Shown: piece by piece, positions 1 to 8,860 of the stretch | Layout: each line of letters begins with the position of its first letter | Position numbering within the stretch: position 1 is the first letter of the stretch | NCBI GenBank assembly: GCA_964530555.1 | Contig: CAZHBD010000001.1 | Location: 1,835 to 65,834, forward strand | Reading direction: 5' to 3' | Source of the DNA: an uncultured Candidatus Saccharibacteria bacterium | GTDB taxonomy: Bacteria > Patescibacteriota > Saccharimonadia > Saccharimonadales > AWTP1-31 | Length of the DNA stretch: 64,000 nt | Translations under genes and position numbers: made by a program | The notes under the pieces: model-generated | Told to the model about the DNA's origin: nothing | What the model saw: only the letters and a program-made list of their open reading frames with translations | Databases searched by the model: none

Positions 1-786
1 GATAGTAACACTAAAATCTTCACGATGCGGACCTGAAGAGGTAAAGCCCATTTCTCGATCGCGGCTCAGAGTCGTTTCAAGTTTTTTCAAGAAGGCCGTG
101 CTGTACGTCTCATGCGCAAAACTTGGTTGGTAGACTAAAAGGCTTTGTTCGTTGGAACGAGCGATTGTCCGATAAAACAAGGGTAGTTGCTGGTTAATAG
201 ACTCTATTAGTTGTTGTCGAGCGCTGGCGACCTGACTACCAAGCTCGGCCAATCGGACATTCCAAGCAAACAATTCATTTGGCGTTATCTGTGTACGTTT
301 TAGGAGGTGGTTTCGTTGCACTAAGGCCCGTTTATACGTCCGGCGTGTTGTAGCGTAACCTGGAACCACAAGCTCTAGAAGGTTGTCCAAAAAGTCACGC
401 CGCTTCTCCGGCCCGCTCTGGAACATTTGCAGATGCTGCGGCTCAAACAAGACAACTGATATACGCTTTTTTGGGCTGAGCCGAGTATAGCTCTGTTTGT
501 TGATTTGAAAGCTCTTAGCAGCTTTGTGTTCGCTTTGACGTTCTAAAAAAACCACACGCTCGTCTTGCTCAAAAAAACCCGCTAAACGAGCCCAGGGTTG
601 CCCATGCGCAATAAGTTCGTCCGTTGTGGCACGATAGCTCTGTCCACTACACAACAGTAGGATTGCTTCGAGTAAATTCGTCTTACCGCTAGCGTTCGGC
701 CCGACCACAATACTAACCCCGGGGGAGAATTCGTATGAGGCCTCTGTGTATGAACGAAAGTTTTGTAAACGAAGGCTATATATCAT
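1..786 (-). CDS. recF: DNA replication/repair protein RecF, N-terminal ~260 aa (3' end runs off the window)
   Basis: Open minus-strand frame, absent from the ORF track because it has no stop in the window. My translation from the ATG at 786 reads MIYSLRLQNFRSYTEASYEFSPGVSIVVGPNASGKTNLLEAILLL..., with Walker A GPNASGKT. It follows dnaN as in the canonical dnaA-dnaN-recF order. Confidence 0.85.
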   Translation of the reverse strand, partial: MIYSLRLQNFRSYTEASYEFSPGVSIVVGPNASGKTNLLEAILLLCSGQSYRATTDELIAHGQPWARLAGFFEQDERVVFLERQSEHKAAKSFQINKQSYTRLSPKKRISVVLFEPQHLQMFQSGPEKRRDFLDNLLELVVPGYATTRRTYKRALVQRNHLLKRTQITPNELFAWNVRLAELGSQVASARQQLIESINQQLPLFYRTIARSNEQSLLVYQPSFAHETYSTAFLKKLETTLSRDREMGFTSSGPHREDFSVTI

Positions 787-814
787 CTTCGCCTTCCATA
801 GTACCAGCGTCTGC

Positions 815-1909
815 CTAACTCTTTAGTGGCATTATTACATGCGTGTAGTCGCTACTACCCGCTTCACGAATCACACATGCTTCCAGCTTGCCATTAAAAC
901 AAAGTTCTACTTCCTCCGCCGACAAAACATTCAAGGCGTCAAGGATGTAACGTGAGTTTAAGGTAATGTCACCCCCTTCACTAGTAATATTGGCGGGTGC
1001 TGTTGCGGTGTTTTCGCCTAGTTGTGATGCAATGGAACGAATACTTACGGTGCTGGCTTTAGGGTCAAGGTGTATAGTCACACTACCTGCACTCTCGCGA
1101 GCAAATAAGCTCGATACTTTTGTGATGTTAGTGAGTTCGCTCCGTTTGATTTTTGCCATATTGGCAAAATCTTTGGGTACAAGCCTTCGGTAATCCGGAT
1201 ACGAACCGTCGATGAGCCGTGTTACCAACTCACCATCCCCAACCTTAAACAACACTTGCTGCTCATCGCTTACCACTTCGACCACCTCATCGTTATCAGG
1301 AAGCAAGCGCAGCAAATCACTAAAAGCAGTGGCGGGGATTAGTAATTTCATTTGTTGATCTGTTTTAGACAAACGTCGCTCAGCCAAACGATAGCTGTCT
1401 GTTGACACTAAATAGACCAGTCCCTCATGACTGTGTAAGTAAACCCCCGTTAGTACTGGCCTCGCTTCGTCACTACTCGCAGCGACCAACACTTGTTGTA
1501 GACCCTTTTTTAGCTGCAAAGCGGGAATCTGCCATGTAGAGCCACCTTCTATGGTTGGCATCACAGGAAATTCTTCTGCAGAAATGCCATTGATGACCGA
1601 GTTATATTGGTCGGTTGTTATGTGAAGCTTGAAATCCTCAAGCTCAAGGTTAATGACTCCGGCTGGTAAACTGGACACAAAGTCTTGCATTAATCGGGCA
1701 GGAACGGTAATGCTGCCTTCTTCTTTTACTTTTGAGCCAATGTATTGTGTGATGGCAATTTCTAGGTTTGTTGCCGAGATAGCCAGGCGTGTTCCAATGG
1801 TCTTAAGAACGATGTTTGCTAGTATGGGCAGTGTGTTGCGGGTATTCGCCACGCGTGAGACAGAGCCAACCGCTTTACTTAGATTTTCTTGCGTAACTTG
1901 CAGTTTCAC
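815..1909 (-). CDS. dnaN: DNA polymerase III beta sliding clamp
   Basis: 364-aa ORF with the typical start MKLQVTQENLSKAV...RNTLPILANIVL and three-domain clamp length. GGAGG lies upstream of the start. Located between dnaA and recF. Confidence 0.95.
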   Translation of the reverse strand: MKLQVTQENLSKAVGSVSRVANTRNTLPILANIVLKTIGTRLAISATNLEIAITQYIGSKVKEEGSITVPARLMQDFVSSLPAGVINLELEDFKLHITTDQYNSVINGISAEEFPVMPTIEGGSTWQIPALQLKKGLQQVLVAASSDEARPVLTGVYLHSHEGLVYLVSTDSYRLAERRLSKTDQQMKLLIPATAFSDLLRLLPDNDEVVEVVSDEQQVLFKVGDGELVTRLIDGSYPDYRRLVPKDFANMAKIKRSELTNITKVSSLFARESAGSVTIHLDPKASTVSIRSIASQLGENTATAPANITSEGGDITLNSRYILDALNVLSAEEVELCFNGKLEACVIREAGSSDYTHVIMPLKS

Positions 1910-1920
1910 GAGCTGCCTCC

Positions 1921-2160
1921 ATTAGTATTATTTATATACATAGTAGTAGTTATAGTAAGACCTGTGGAAACTGCGTAAAACCACCCACTTAACAGGCGAA
2001 AAGGAGTGTGAAAAGGTGCGTATAAAACTGTTGAAAGACTGTTAAAAATCCGGGTACAAAAAGTGTACAACTCACCGAAAACGAACCCATGGTTTTCTGA
2101 CTGTGAAAAACCTCCGTTTATCCCACAATCTGCCCACAAGGCGTTAACACGTTGTCCACA
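1921..2160. promoter_or_regulatory. Putative oriC segment II: AT-rich stretch plus DnaA-box-like 9-mers in the dnaA-dnaN spacer
   Basis: AT-rich run 1921-1960. DnaA-box-like 9-mers: TGTGGAAAC 1963-1971, TGTGAAAAG 2007-2015, TGTGAAAAA 2102-2110, TTATCCCACA 2118-2127, TTGTCCACA 2152-2160. Each is 0-2 mismatches from TTATCCACA/TTTTCCACA or the complement. Confidence 0.5.
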
Positions 2161-2164
2161 AGTT

Positions 2165-3532
2165 TTACGCATACAACCGCTCCTTAATTTCGGTGATCGC
2201 AGAGCGAATATCTGCATCAAGTGCTGACTCTTTCTCGATTTTTTCAACCGAGTGAATAGCCGTGGTGTGATCTTTGCGACCCAACTCCTTTGCTATTTTA
2301 GGGAAACTGAGATGCAATTCACTACGGAGCATATACATCGCAATCTGTCGCGGTACAACAATATCTTTGTCGCGCTTTGGACCTAAAATGTCATCCATAG
2401 ATACCGAAAAATGTTTTGCTGTTCGCTCAATGATTTGTTTAGCGCTCACGTGTTTTGGTCTGCTCTTCGCGCCCCCCATGAGAGTGGTGGCGAGCCGCAG
2501 GTCTGGCTCAAGTCCGCGCATCTCACAAAACGCCAATAACTGATTAAGGGCACCCTCTAATTCGCGGATATTGGTAGGCACATTGGTGGCCAAGTAATCA
2601 ACAACATCCGGCGACAGCGTTATGCCGTGGCTTGTAGCTTTGGTCTGAACAATTGCGCACCGTGTCTCGAAATCGGGGTTTTGCATGTCGATGCTCATTC
2701 CCCAAGCGAAACGACTGCGCAAGCGGTCTTCCAGGGTTGGTATTTCTTTTGGTGGTTTGTCACTACTGATAATGATTTGCTTATTAGCTTGATGTAGTGC
2801 GTTAAAAGTATGAAAAAATTCTTCCTGGGTTTTTTCTTTGCCGGCAATAAATTGCATGTCATCAATGATTAAAACATCGGCGGTGCGATAAAAACCCGCA
2901 AAGTCTGTGTTCTTTTTATATCTAATTGCGTCGAGGAACTCCTGGATAAATTGTTCGGTAGAAATATACACAACGTGAGCATCTTGGTTGCGAGATAGAA
3001 TGGCGTTACCTACAGCCTGAATAAGATGGGTTTTACCAATGCCAACACCTCCATACAGGAATAGTGGATTGTACTTAGTCCCCGGCTGCGTTGCTACTGC
3101 CTGACAAGCGGCATATGCCAGTTCGTTACCTGAACCAACGATAAAGTTCTCAAATGTATAGCGCTCGTTCAAACCTTGCCGATAGCTGTGGCGCAAAGTG
3201 CTTGATGATTTACGGTTATCACTTGCTGTAGTTTCGTGAGGGTTTGCGGTAATTAGTACTGGCTCGTCAATAGTTTTTTTCTGCGATCCAGCAGAATGAA
3301 TTTTGAACTGTATCGATTTGGGCGAAACGCCGTTCTTTTGCAACACTTCCGTAATTAGTTGGTTAAACTTGCGCTCGAGCTGATTCTTTATAAACACGTT
3401 TGGGACACCAACAACCAATACGCCATCTTTATAACGAAGCAAGCGGGTGTTTTTAAACCAAGTGATAAAGCTCGCTCGTGAAACCGAGAGCTCTATCTCA
3501 CCCAACACTGCTTGCCATAATCCGTCGCTCAC
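2165..3532 (-). CDS. dnaA: Chromosomal replication initiator DnaA (start moved to GTG 3532; the track's longest ORF reaches 3589)
   Basis: AAA+ Walker A GGVGIGKTHL, LIIDDMQF, and the C-terminal DNA-binding helix region HTTAIHSVEKI. GTG at 3532 is preceded by GGAG 5 nt upstream. A DnaA box (3580-3588) lies inside the longer N-terminal extension. Confidence 0.9.
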   Translation of the reverse strand: MSDGLWQAVLGEIELSVSRASFITWFKNTRLLRYKDGVLVVGVPNVFIKNQLERKFNQLITEVLQKNGVSPKSIQFKIHSAGSQKKTIDEPVLITANPHETTASDNRKSSSTLRHSYRQGLNERYTFENFIVGSGNELAYAACQAVATQPGTKYNPLFLYGGVGIGKTHLIQAVGNAILSRNQDAHVVYISTEQFIQEFLDAIRYKKNTDFAGFYRTADVLIIDDMQFIAGKEKTQEEFFHTFNALHQANKQIIISSDKPPKEIPTLEDRLRSRFAWGMSIDMQNPDFETRCAIVQTKATSHGITLSPDVVDYLATNVPTNIRELEGALNQLLAFCEMRGLEPDLRLATTLMGGAKSRPKHVSAKQIIERTAKHFSVSMDDILGPKRDKDIVVPRQIAMYMLRSELHLSFPKIAKELGRKDHTTAIHSVEKIEKESALDADIRSAITEIKERLYA

Positions 3533-3579
3533 ACCTTCTCCCTTTGCTGTAAGAAGAATTCTATAGAAAAAAAGCAGAC

Positions 3580-3726
3580 TTTTCCACACCCGAAGTCTTC
3601 ACCGCGACAAAATTGATAAAAACTACATGCAACAGAGTAAAAATTATCCACAACCTAAAACCCCATCTGGTAATCTGTGGAAAATACTTGGATTAGCGTG
3701 GAAAAGTTGTTAAAATTTGTGGGGTA
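3580..3726. promoter_or_regulatory. Putative oriC segment I / dnaA control region: DnaA-box cluster between dnaA and rpmH
   Basis: TTTTCCACA 3580-3588; perfect TTATCCACA 3644-3652; TGTGGAAAA 3676-3684; CGTGGAAAA 3697-3705; a weak TGTGGGGTA 3718-3726. Confidence 0.6.
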
Positions 3727-3773
3727 AATATTGTTAATTTGACTGTGTATTACAGACAACAAAGGACTTTTCT

Positions 3774-3911
3774 GTGCCAAAACGAACTTATCAACCAAAG
3801 AAGCGCCAACGTGCAAAAGAACATGGCTTTTTAAAACGCATGGCAACCAAAGCCGGTCGCCGGGTATTAAAGAGCCGACGACTTAAAGGACGCGTCCGTC
3901 TGTCGCATTAA
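3774..3911 (+). CDS. rpmH: 50S ribosomal protein L34
   Basis: Below the track's size cutoff. My translation from GTG 3774 is (M)[44 protein letters not shown], 45 aa, with stop TAA at 3909-3911. AAAGGA lies upstream. Canonical position before rnpA. Confidence 0.9.
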   Translation: MPKRTYQPKKRQRAKEHGFLKRMATKAGRRVLKSRRLKGRVRLSH

Positions 3912-3925
3912 AGACAAGGCCTGTA

Positions 3926-4318
3926 GTGCTTGGTCGCCAACATCGTTTCCACGGCTATACTAGCCTGAACTACGTGTATAAGCACGGGACTACGGTGCGT
4001 GATGATGCGATTAGTTTGCGGATCGCAGCTAATGCTCGTCGTGCTGACTATCGCTGTGCGGTGGTAGTTAGCAAAAAAACCAACAAGTCGGCGGTTGGTC
4101 GAAACAGAATCCGACGACGTATTTATGAGATTGTCCGCCATCGGTTAAGAGCGTCGTCACCACCGATAGACTTAGTCGTAACGGTGCACCGGCCGGATGT
4201 CGCCGCCATGTCTACTGTTGAGCTAGACGGCCGGCTCGGCAGACTTCTGCAAAAAGCTCTTACTGCCGCAAATAACAAAGCACACGGTCATGCTACTATT
4301 AATAGACAGGAGAACTAA
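3926..4318 (+). CDS. rnpA: Ribonuclease P protein component
   Basis: 130-aa basic protein with SKKTNKSAVGRNRIRRRIYE (RNase P protein RNR-type motif). Lies between rpmH and yidC. Confidence 0.85.
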   Translation: MLGRQHRFHGYTSLNYVYKHGTTVRDDAISLRIAANARRADYRCAVVVSKKTNKSAVGRNRIRRRIYEIVRHRLRASSPPIDLVVTVHRPDVAAMSTVELDGRLGRLLQKALTAANNKAHGHATINRQEN

Positions 4319-5235
4319 TGTTTACAGCGCTTATCGTTAAACCAATCTTCAATTTACTTGTTCTTATCTACGCCTTGTTGCCAGGCCACAACTTTGGCCT
4401 GAGCATTATCATTTTTACTGTTTTGGTCCGACTGTTAATGTGGCCGCTGGTCAAGAAGCAGCTACACCAAGCAAAAGCAATGCGCGAACTGCAGCCCGAG
4501 CTTAAGCGTATCAAAGCCGCAGCTAAGGGCGACCGGCAGAAAGAATCGCTAATGATGATGGAGTTGTACAAGGAGCGCGAGATCAATCCGTTTGCGAGCA
4601 TTGGTTTGCTGATTGTTCAGATACCAATTTTCATCGGGCTATATAGTGGCTTGCACCGTATCGTGAACGATACGAATGCGCTTATTACCTTCTCCTACAG
4701 CTGGGTGCATAATCTGAGCTGGCTCAAGGCGCTTGCCGCTGATATTGGTCGTTTTGATAGTACGCTCTTGGGCGTCGTCGATTTGAGCCGGGCAGCGATT
4801 GGTAAAACTGGCGGTATATACTGGCCAGCTATGATCATTGTGATTGCCAGTGCTGTTGTCCAATACTTCCAAGCAAAGCAGCTAATGCCTAATGATAAAG
4901 AGCGACGTAGTCTGCGCTCCATATTAAAAGATGCTGGGCAGGGCAAGCAGGCTGATCAGTCTGAAGTACAGGCTTCGATGGGCCGCATAACACAGTTTAT
5001 GCTACCAGTGTTCATTTTCTTGGTTACAGTTAACATCGCTTCGGCTCTTTCGCTCTACTGGCTTACCAGCGGTCTTGTGGCATTCATTCAGCAATCACGT
5101 GTGCTAAGCCAGGACAAGGCAGAGTTGGCAACTGCAACCGATTCAAAAAGTAAGATTACTATTGAGGCTGAAGTCCTGCCTCCTAAAACCAAAACCAAAA
5201 CCTCTAAATCAAGGAGTAAACGGAGGAAGCGCTAG
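4318..5235 (+). CDS. yidC: Membrane protein insertase YidC (short Gram-positive-type form)
   Basis: 305 aa with multiple TM segments, MRELQPELKRIK and KERE-INPF motifs, and a lysine-rich C-terminal tail. Its start overlaps the rnpA stop (TAATG). Confidence 0.9.
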   Translation: MFTALIVKPIFNLLVLIYALLPGHNFGLSIIIFTVLVRLLMWPLVKKQLHQAKAMRELQPELKRIKAAAKGDRQKESLMMMELYKEREINPFASIGLLIVQIPIFIGLYSGLHRIVNDTNALITFSYSWVHNLSWLKALAADIGRFDSTLLGVVDLSRAAIGKTGGIYWPAMIIVIASAVVQYFQAKQLMPNDKERRSLRSILKDAGQGKQADQSEVQASMGRITQFMLPVFIFLVTVNIASALSLYWLTSGLVAFIQQSRVLSQDKAELATATDSKSKITIEAEVLPPKTKTKTSKSRSKRRKR

Positions 5236-5690
5236 TGGAAGAGTCGATTCTTTATGCAAAAAAATACCTAGAAGACATTTTGTCATTTTTTGGTTTGAAC
5301 ACCGATGTCTACGCCACCAATAGCGATGATGAAGTAATCGAACTGCACGTGCCGAGCACACACCTAAACGGCTTTTTGATTGGACATAACGGCGATACTA
5401 TGCGGGCAATGCAATATATGGTGAGCACGGCGCTCAAGAACAATGGTCACGAAGTGACGCGCGTAAGTGTGGATATCGCCGACTACAAAAAAGGTCGTGC
5501 CGATCGACTCAGTGAGAAGGCAAAAGAGTGGATGGAAGCGGTGCAGAAAACCGGCAAAGAAAAGGCCTTAGAGCCAATGAACGCAGCTGACCGGCGTACA
5601 ATTCACAAGCTCGCCAGTGATTACGGCTTAACGACCGAGTCTGTTGGCGAGGGCCGCGAACGACACATTGTCATCAGACCAGTATCCTAA
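5235..5690 (+). CDS. jag: Jag/KhpB-type RNA-binding protein (KH + R3H domains)
   Basis: 151 aa. The C-terminal R3H-like sequence is RRTIHKLASDYGLTTESVGEGRERHIVI. Canonical position after yidC; the GTG start overlaps the yidC stop. Confidence 0.8.
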   Translation: MEESILYAKKYLEDILSFFGLNTDVYATNSDDEVIELHVPSTHLNGFLIGHNGDTMRAMQYMVSTALKNNGHEVTRVSVDIADYKKGRADRLSEKAKEWMEAVQKTGKEKALEPMNAADRRTIHKLASDYGLTTESVGEGRERHIVIRPVS

Positions 5691-5708
5691 AACCTAAGAG
5701 ACTGGCGG

Positions 5709-6809
5709 CTAACTGGCGTTGTTGCCTGTTATGTCGTTGTAGACCTCGAGCGTCTGTTGCGCCATACGTTGCCATGAGTAATGCGCCGCCTGTTTTCTGC
5801 CGGCTTTGACAAGTCTTCTCGCCAGCTCGGGCTTACGGAGAACGCCATCGGTTCTTTTGGCGATATCTGTCGTATCGGTGGGGTCAAAGTAGACTGCAGC
5901 CTCGCCGTATACTTCAGGTAAGCAGGTGGCGTTACTGCTGACTACTGGTGCTCCATGTAACATGGCTTCTAGGCCTGGTAGACCAAACCCTTCGCTCAGT
6001 GAGGGGAAGATGTAGGCCTTGGTATGCTCGTAAAGCCAGCGCACCTGAGTATCGGGAAGAAAACCGGTGAATATTACATCAGCAATATTGAGCTTCTTAA
6101 CATATTTTTCGAGCAGACGATAATTGGCGTCCCTTTTTCCAACAAGAACAAGCTTTAGATCAGGGTGCGATTGTTTGAGAATGGCGAAAGCTGCTATCAA
6201 GCGGTTGAGATTCTTGTGAGGATTGGGGCGGCCAACATACATGATGAACGGGCTGTTTTCGAGCTCAGGCACAATCTCCGGTTTATCGGCTAATGGATCC
6301 GCCGACTCAAGAGTCACGACAATCTTGCGGCTGTTAATTCGGGCGAAACGAGCCAGATCCTCTTTAACCCACTGCGTGGGGGTTAGAACAAAGGCTGCTT
6401 TATGTGCTGCGTAACGGATGCTAAAACGATACACTATGCGCTTCAGTCGAAACAGTAACCAGTTTTTGGCAGGATTGCCAAAGCGTGCTGTAGTCAGGTC
6501 GTGGACGGTGGTAATCGTTTTGCCCCGATACAACAGTGGTTGCTGCGGGAAGGCAAAATGAACAAGATCAGGTTGGAGTGCTCGCAATTGCTTCAAAAAA
6601 CCTAGCTGTTCCGCGAAAGTGAACTCTTTGTACGGGCAGGCAACGCCGGAGAAGTTTTTGTTATGTGGTTTCCACCCCTCGAGGTCAGCCGGTTTGAGCA
6701 AAACTGTATAGCGATGTTGGTGATCAATTTTTTGTAGATAATGCAGTAGTCGCTCTACGTACCGACCACTACTAGTGCGTAGCTCACGAGCGTCAATCAC
6801 AATATGCAT
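5709..6809 (-). CDS. Glycosyltransferase, GT4 family
   Basis: 366 aa with the C-terminal GT-B signature FPSLSEGFGLPGLEAMLHGAPVVSS. Confidence 0.8.
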   Translation of the reverse strand: MHIVIDARELRTSSGRYVERLLHYLQKIDHQHRYTVLLKPADLEGWKPHNKNFSGVACPYKEFTFAEQLGFLKQLRALQPDLVHFAFPQQPLLYRGKTITTVHDLTTARFGNPAKNWLLFRLKRIVYRFSIRYAAHKAAFVLTPTQWVKEDLARFARINSRKIVVTLESADPLADKPEIVPELENSPFIMYVGRPNPHKNLNRLIAAFAILKQSHPDLKLVLVGKRDANYRLLEKYVKKLNIADVIFTGFLPDTQVRWLYEHTKAYIFPSLSEGFGLPGLEAMLHGAPVVSSNATCLPEVYGEAAVYFDPTDTTDIAKRTDGVLRKPELARRLVKAGRKQAAHYSWQRMAQQTLEVYNDITGNNAS

Positions 6810-7976
6810 TTATATCTCCTTCTCTGCGGTTATTTCCTGGATCGTTTTGGCCACTTCATGAGCGACATTCTGCCAATCAAAACGCTGTAGGTTTTGGCGA
6901 CTTCTTCGAGCATAATCTCGACGCAAATCCCCTGATGTAAGGAGTTTTTCGAGCGCTTTGGCAATAGAATTAGGGTTTTTAGGATCAAAATATAGTGCGC
7001 TGTCTCCAGCGACTTCGTGCAGGACCGGTATATCACTCACTGCTACCGGCAGATTATATGCCGCTGCCTCAAGCACCGGCATGCCAAAACCTTCGTAAAC
7101 CGACGGCAATACAAAACAAGTGGCATTCGAGTATAGCGCTGCTTTCTCGGCGTTTGTGACGTAGCCGGTTTGGATGACTTGCAAGCCGGCAGCCTGGGCC
7201 TCAGTAATAGCGCTCAAAATCGTTTCATCGCGCCAACCTTTGCCTCCGACAAGTACGAGCGAATAGGTACTACGTAGATTGTCTGGAAGTGCACGATATG
7301 CTTTGATCAGATTTACCAGGTTCTTACGAGGCTCAATAGTGCCAACATATAGCAGGTAGTGCTTGGCTTTAATGCCTTTTGACAAGATTGTTTGGGGTAA
7401 GCTAGACCGCTTTGGCTGGTGGGCAGGCGGAGGGATGTGGGCAATAGTAATGCGGCCTGCGAAGTTGGGAAAGTAGTGCTCCAGGCGCTGTTTGGTGAAG
7501 GCCGATATGGTCAGTAGGCCGGATGATCGACGGATACTGGGCCTCAGCAGTTTTTGTAAGTAGACGAGATTTTTCTCTTGGACAAATTCAGGATGGTCAT
7601 AACACCCTAGGTCATGTACTGCAAGCAACGAAGGAGTTTTGCGTAGTGTGGGCAGTGAAACGAAGTTAGGGAACAGATGAAAATCATATTTTCGCCAGAC
7701 GAGCAACTCTATAGGAACTTGCCAACCAAAACGTCGCGCCAGCAGCGGCAAAAATATACCAGGGAAGAATCTAACTGGTTTTAGATGAACACTACTCGGC
7801 AAATTGAAAGACGGGCGTTTTCTACCTAAAAAGTTAAAGTAATAGCCAGTTAGCTCGAGATCGTCACCTTGGTGTTGGGCAAGGGAAGATATCAGCCCTT
7901 CGGTAAAAAAGCCGACCCCTGACTGGCTACTGAGTAGCGAACTAGCATCAAACAATACGCGCACCGGCTGTTTCAT
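6810..7976 (-). CDS. Glycosyltransferase, GT4 family
   Basis: 388 aa with LPSVYEGFGMPVLEAAAYNLPVAVSD. Abuts the next GT4 gene with no gap. Confidence 0.8.
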   Translation of the reverse strand: MKQPVRVLFDASSLLSSQSGVGFFTEGLISSLAQHQGDDLELTGYYFNFLGRKRPSFNLPSSVHLKPVRFFPGIFLPLLARRFGWQVPIELLVWRKYDFHLFPNFVSLPTLRKTPSLLAVHDLGCYDHPEFVQEKNLVYLQKLLRPSIRRSSGLLTISAFTKQRLEHYFPNFAGRITIAHIPPPAHQPKRSSLPQTILSKGIKAKHYLLYVGTIEPRKNLVNLIKAYRALPDNLRSTYSLVLVGGKGWRDETILSAITEAQAAGLQVIQTGYVTNAEKAALYSNATCFVLPSVYEGFGMPVLEAAAYNLPVAVSDIPVLHEVAGDSALYFDPKNPNSIAKALEKLLTSGDLRRDYARRSRQNLQRFDWQNVAHEVAKTIQEITAEKEI

Positions 7977-8017
7977 ACGCTTTGCAACAGCCCCTTAATA
8001 TTTACCTCTCATGCATA

Positions 8018-8023
8018 TATAAT
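8018..8023 (+). promoter_or_regulatory. Candidate -10 box (TATAAT) 9 nt upstream of the ABC-permease ATG (leaderless geometry)
   Basis: TATAAT at 8018-8023, then agctgctat, then ATG at 8033. Confidence 0.4.
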
Positions 8024-8032
8024 AGCTGCTAT

Positions 8033-8857
8033 ATGGGAATAAGAAAAAGGTTATCCTGGGCACGCCAACGATACCGGTATTCAATTGTGCTTTTGAGAGA
8101 GCTGGTAATTTCTGATTTCAAATTGCGCTATCAGAATTCTGCACTTGGTTATGTATGGTCGCTCCTACGCCCCTTACTCCTATTCCTGATTCTTTACCTT
8201 GTGTTCACGGTCTTCCTGCCGGTTGGCAAGGGCGTGCCGCACTACCCGCAATATCTGCTTTTGGGTATCGTGCTGTGGAATTTTTTTGGCGAAATAACAT
8301 CTGGTAGCGTTGGGGCGATTGTTGGCAAGGGCGATCTGCTGAGAAAAATTAACTTTCCACGTTACGTGGTCGTCATTGCCGTTGCTTTGTCTGCAACGAT
8401 AAACTTGGTTCTTAACTTTGCGGTTGTTGCGATTTTTATGATTGTTGGTCGCGTTGCAGTGGGGAAAGATATTCTGCTCATGATCCCTCTGCTGCTCGAG
8501 CTATTTGTGGCGGCAATTTCAGTTGGATTTTTCTTGAGTGCTCTGTTTGTGCGGTTTCGAGACGTCTCCTATATATGGGAAGTGATTATGCAAGGAGCTT
8601 TCTACGCCACACCAATCCTATACCCCTTAGATAAGATACCTCCTAAAGCAGCTAAAATCCTTATGATTAATCCCATGGCGCAGATTATCCAAGATGCTCG
8701 ATATGCCGTAGTCACCAAAACTACTGGCACCATCGGAACAGTCTATCCAAGCGCTAAATGGATGTGGTTTGTGCCGATCGGACTTACGACGATTGCGGCG
8801 ATAATTGCGACCACCTACTTTAGAAAGCGCTCTAAACACTTTGCGGAAGAGGTTTAA
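8033..8857 (+). CDS. Polysaccharide/teichoic-acid ABC exporter permease (ABC-2 type; Wzm/TagG-like)
   Basis: N-terminal signature ELVISDFKLRYQNSALGYVWSLLRPLL followed by ~6 TM segments. The start is set at MGIRKRL (8033); the track ORF starts at 7982. Confidence 0.8.
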   Translation: MGIRKRLSWARQRYRYSIVLLRELVISDFKLRYQNSALGYVWSLLRPLLLFLILYLVFTVFLPVGKGVPHYPQYLLLGIVLWNFFGEITSGSVGAIVGKGDLLRKINFPRYVVVIAVALSATINLVLNFAVVAIFMIVGRVAVGKDILLMIPLLLELFVAAISVGFFLSALFVRFRDVSYIWEVIMQGAFYATPILYPLDKIPPKAAKILMINPMAQIIQDARYAVVTKTTGTIGTVYPSAKWMWFVPIGLTTIAAIIATTYFRKRSKHFAEEV

Positions 8858-8860
8858 CAG

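Noticed and set aside
966-2247. Track ORFs 966-1193(+), 1629-1925(+) and 1906-2247(-), overlapping dnaN or the dnaA-dnaN spacer.
   Set aside because: They lie antisense to, or overlap, strongly conserved dnaN/dnaA coding sequence or the DnaA-box region. They have no SD or promoter and low-complexity or odd composition, so I treat them as shadow ORFs.
2165-3589. Longest-ORF N-terminal extensions as real starts: dnaA 3589, ABC permease 7982, GT 12349, manC 22768, methyltransferase 28032, LCP 34763, DsbA 45031, receiver 44868, APC 53412, SGNH 57680, rhodanese 59189, deacetylase 60235.
   Set aside because: The extensions are Cys/Trp/Leu-rich non-protein-like sequence. They overlap neighbouring genes or promoter/DnaA boxes. 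The internal starts give canonical family N-termini, often with an SD or a -10 box at the appropriate distance.
3655-4141. Track ORFs 3655-3846(-) and 3908-4141(-) in the origin/rpmH/rnpA region.
   Set aside because: The first spans the DnaA-box cluster and the rpmH start. The second is antisense to rnpA. Both are better explained by the canonical rpmH-rnpA genes on the plus strand.
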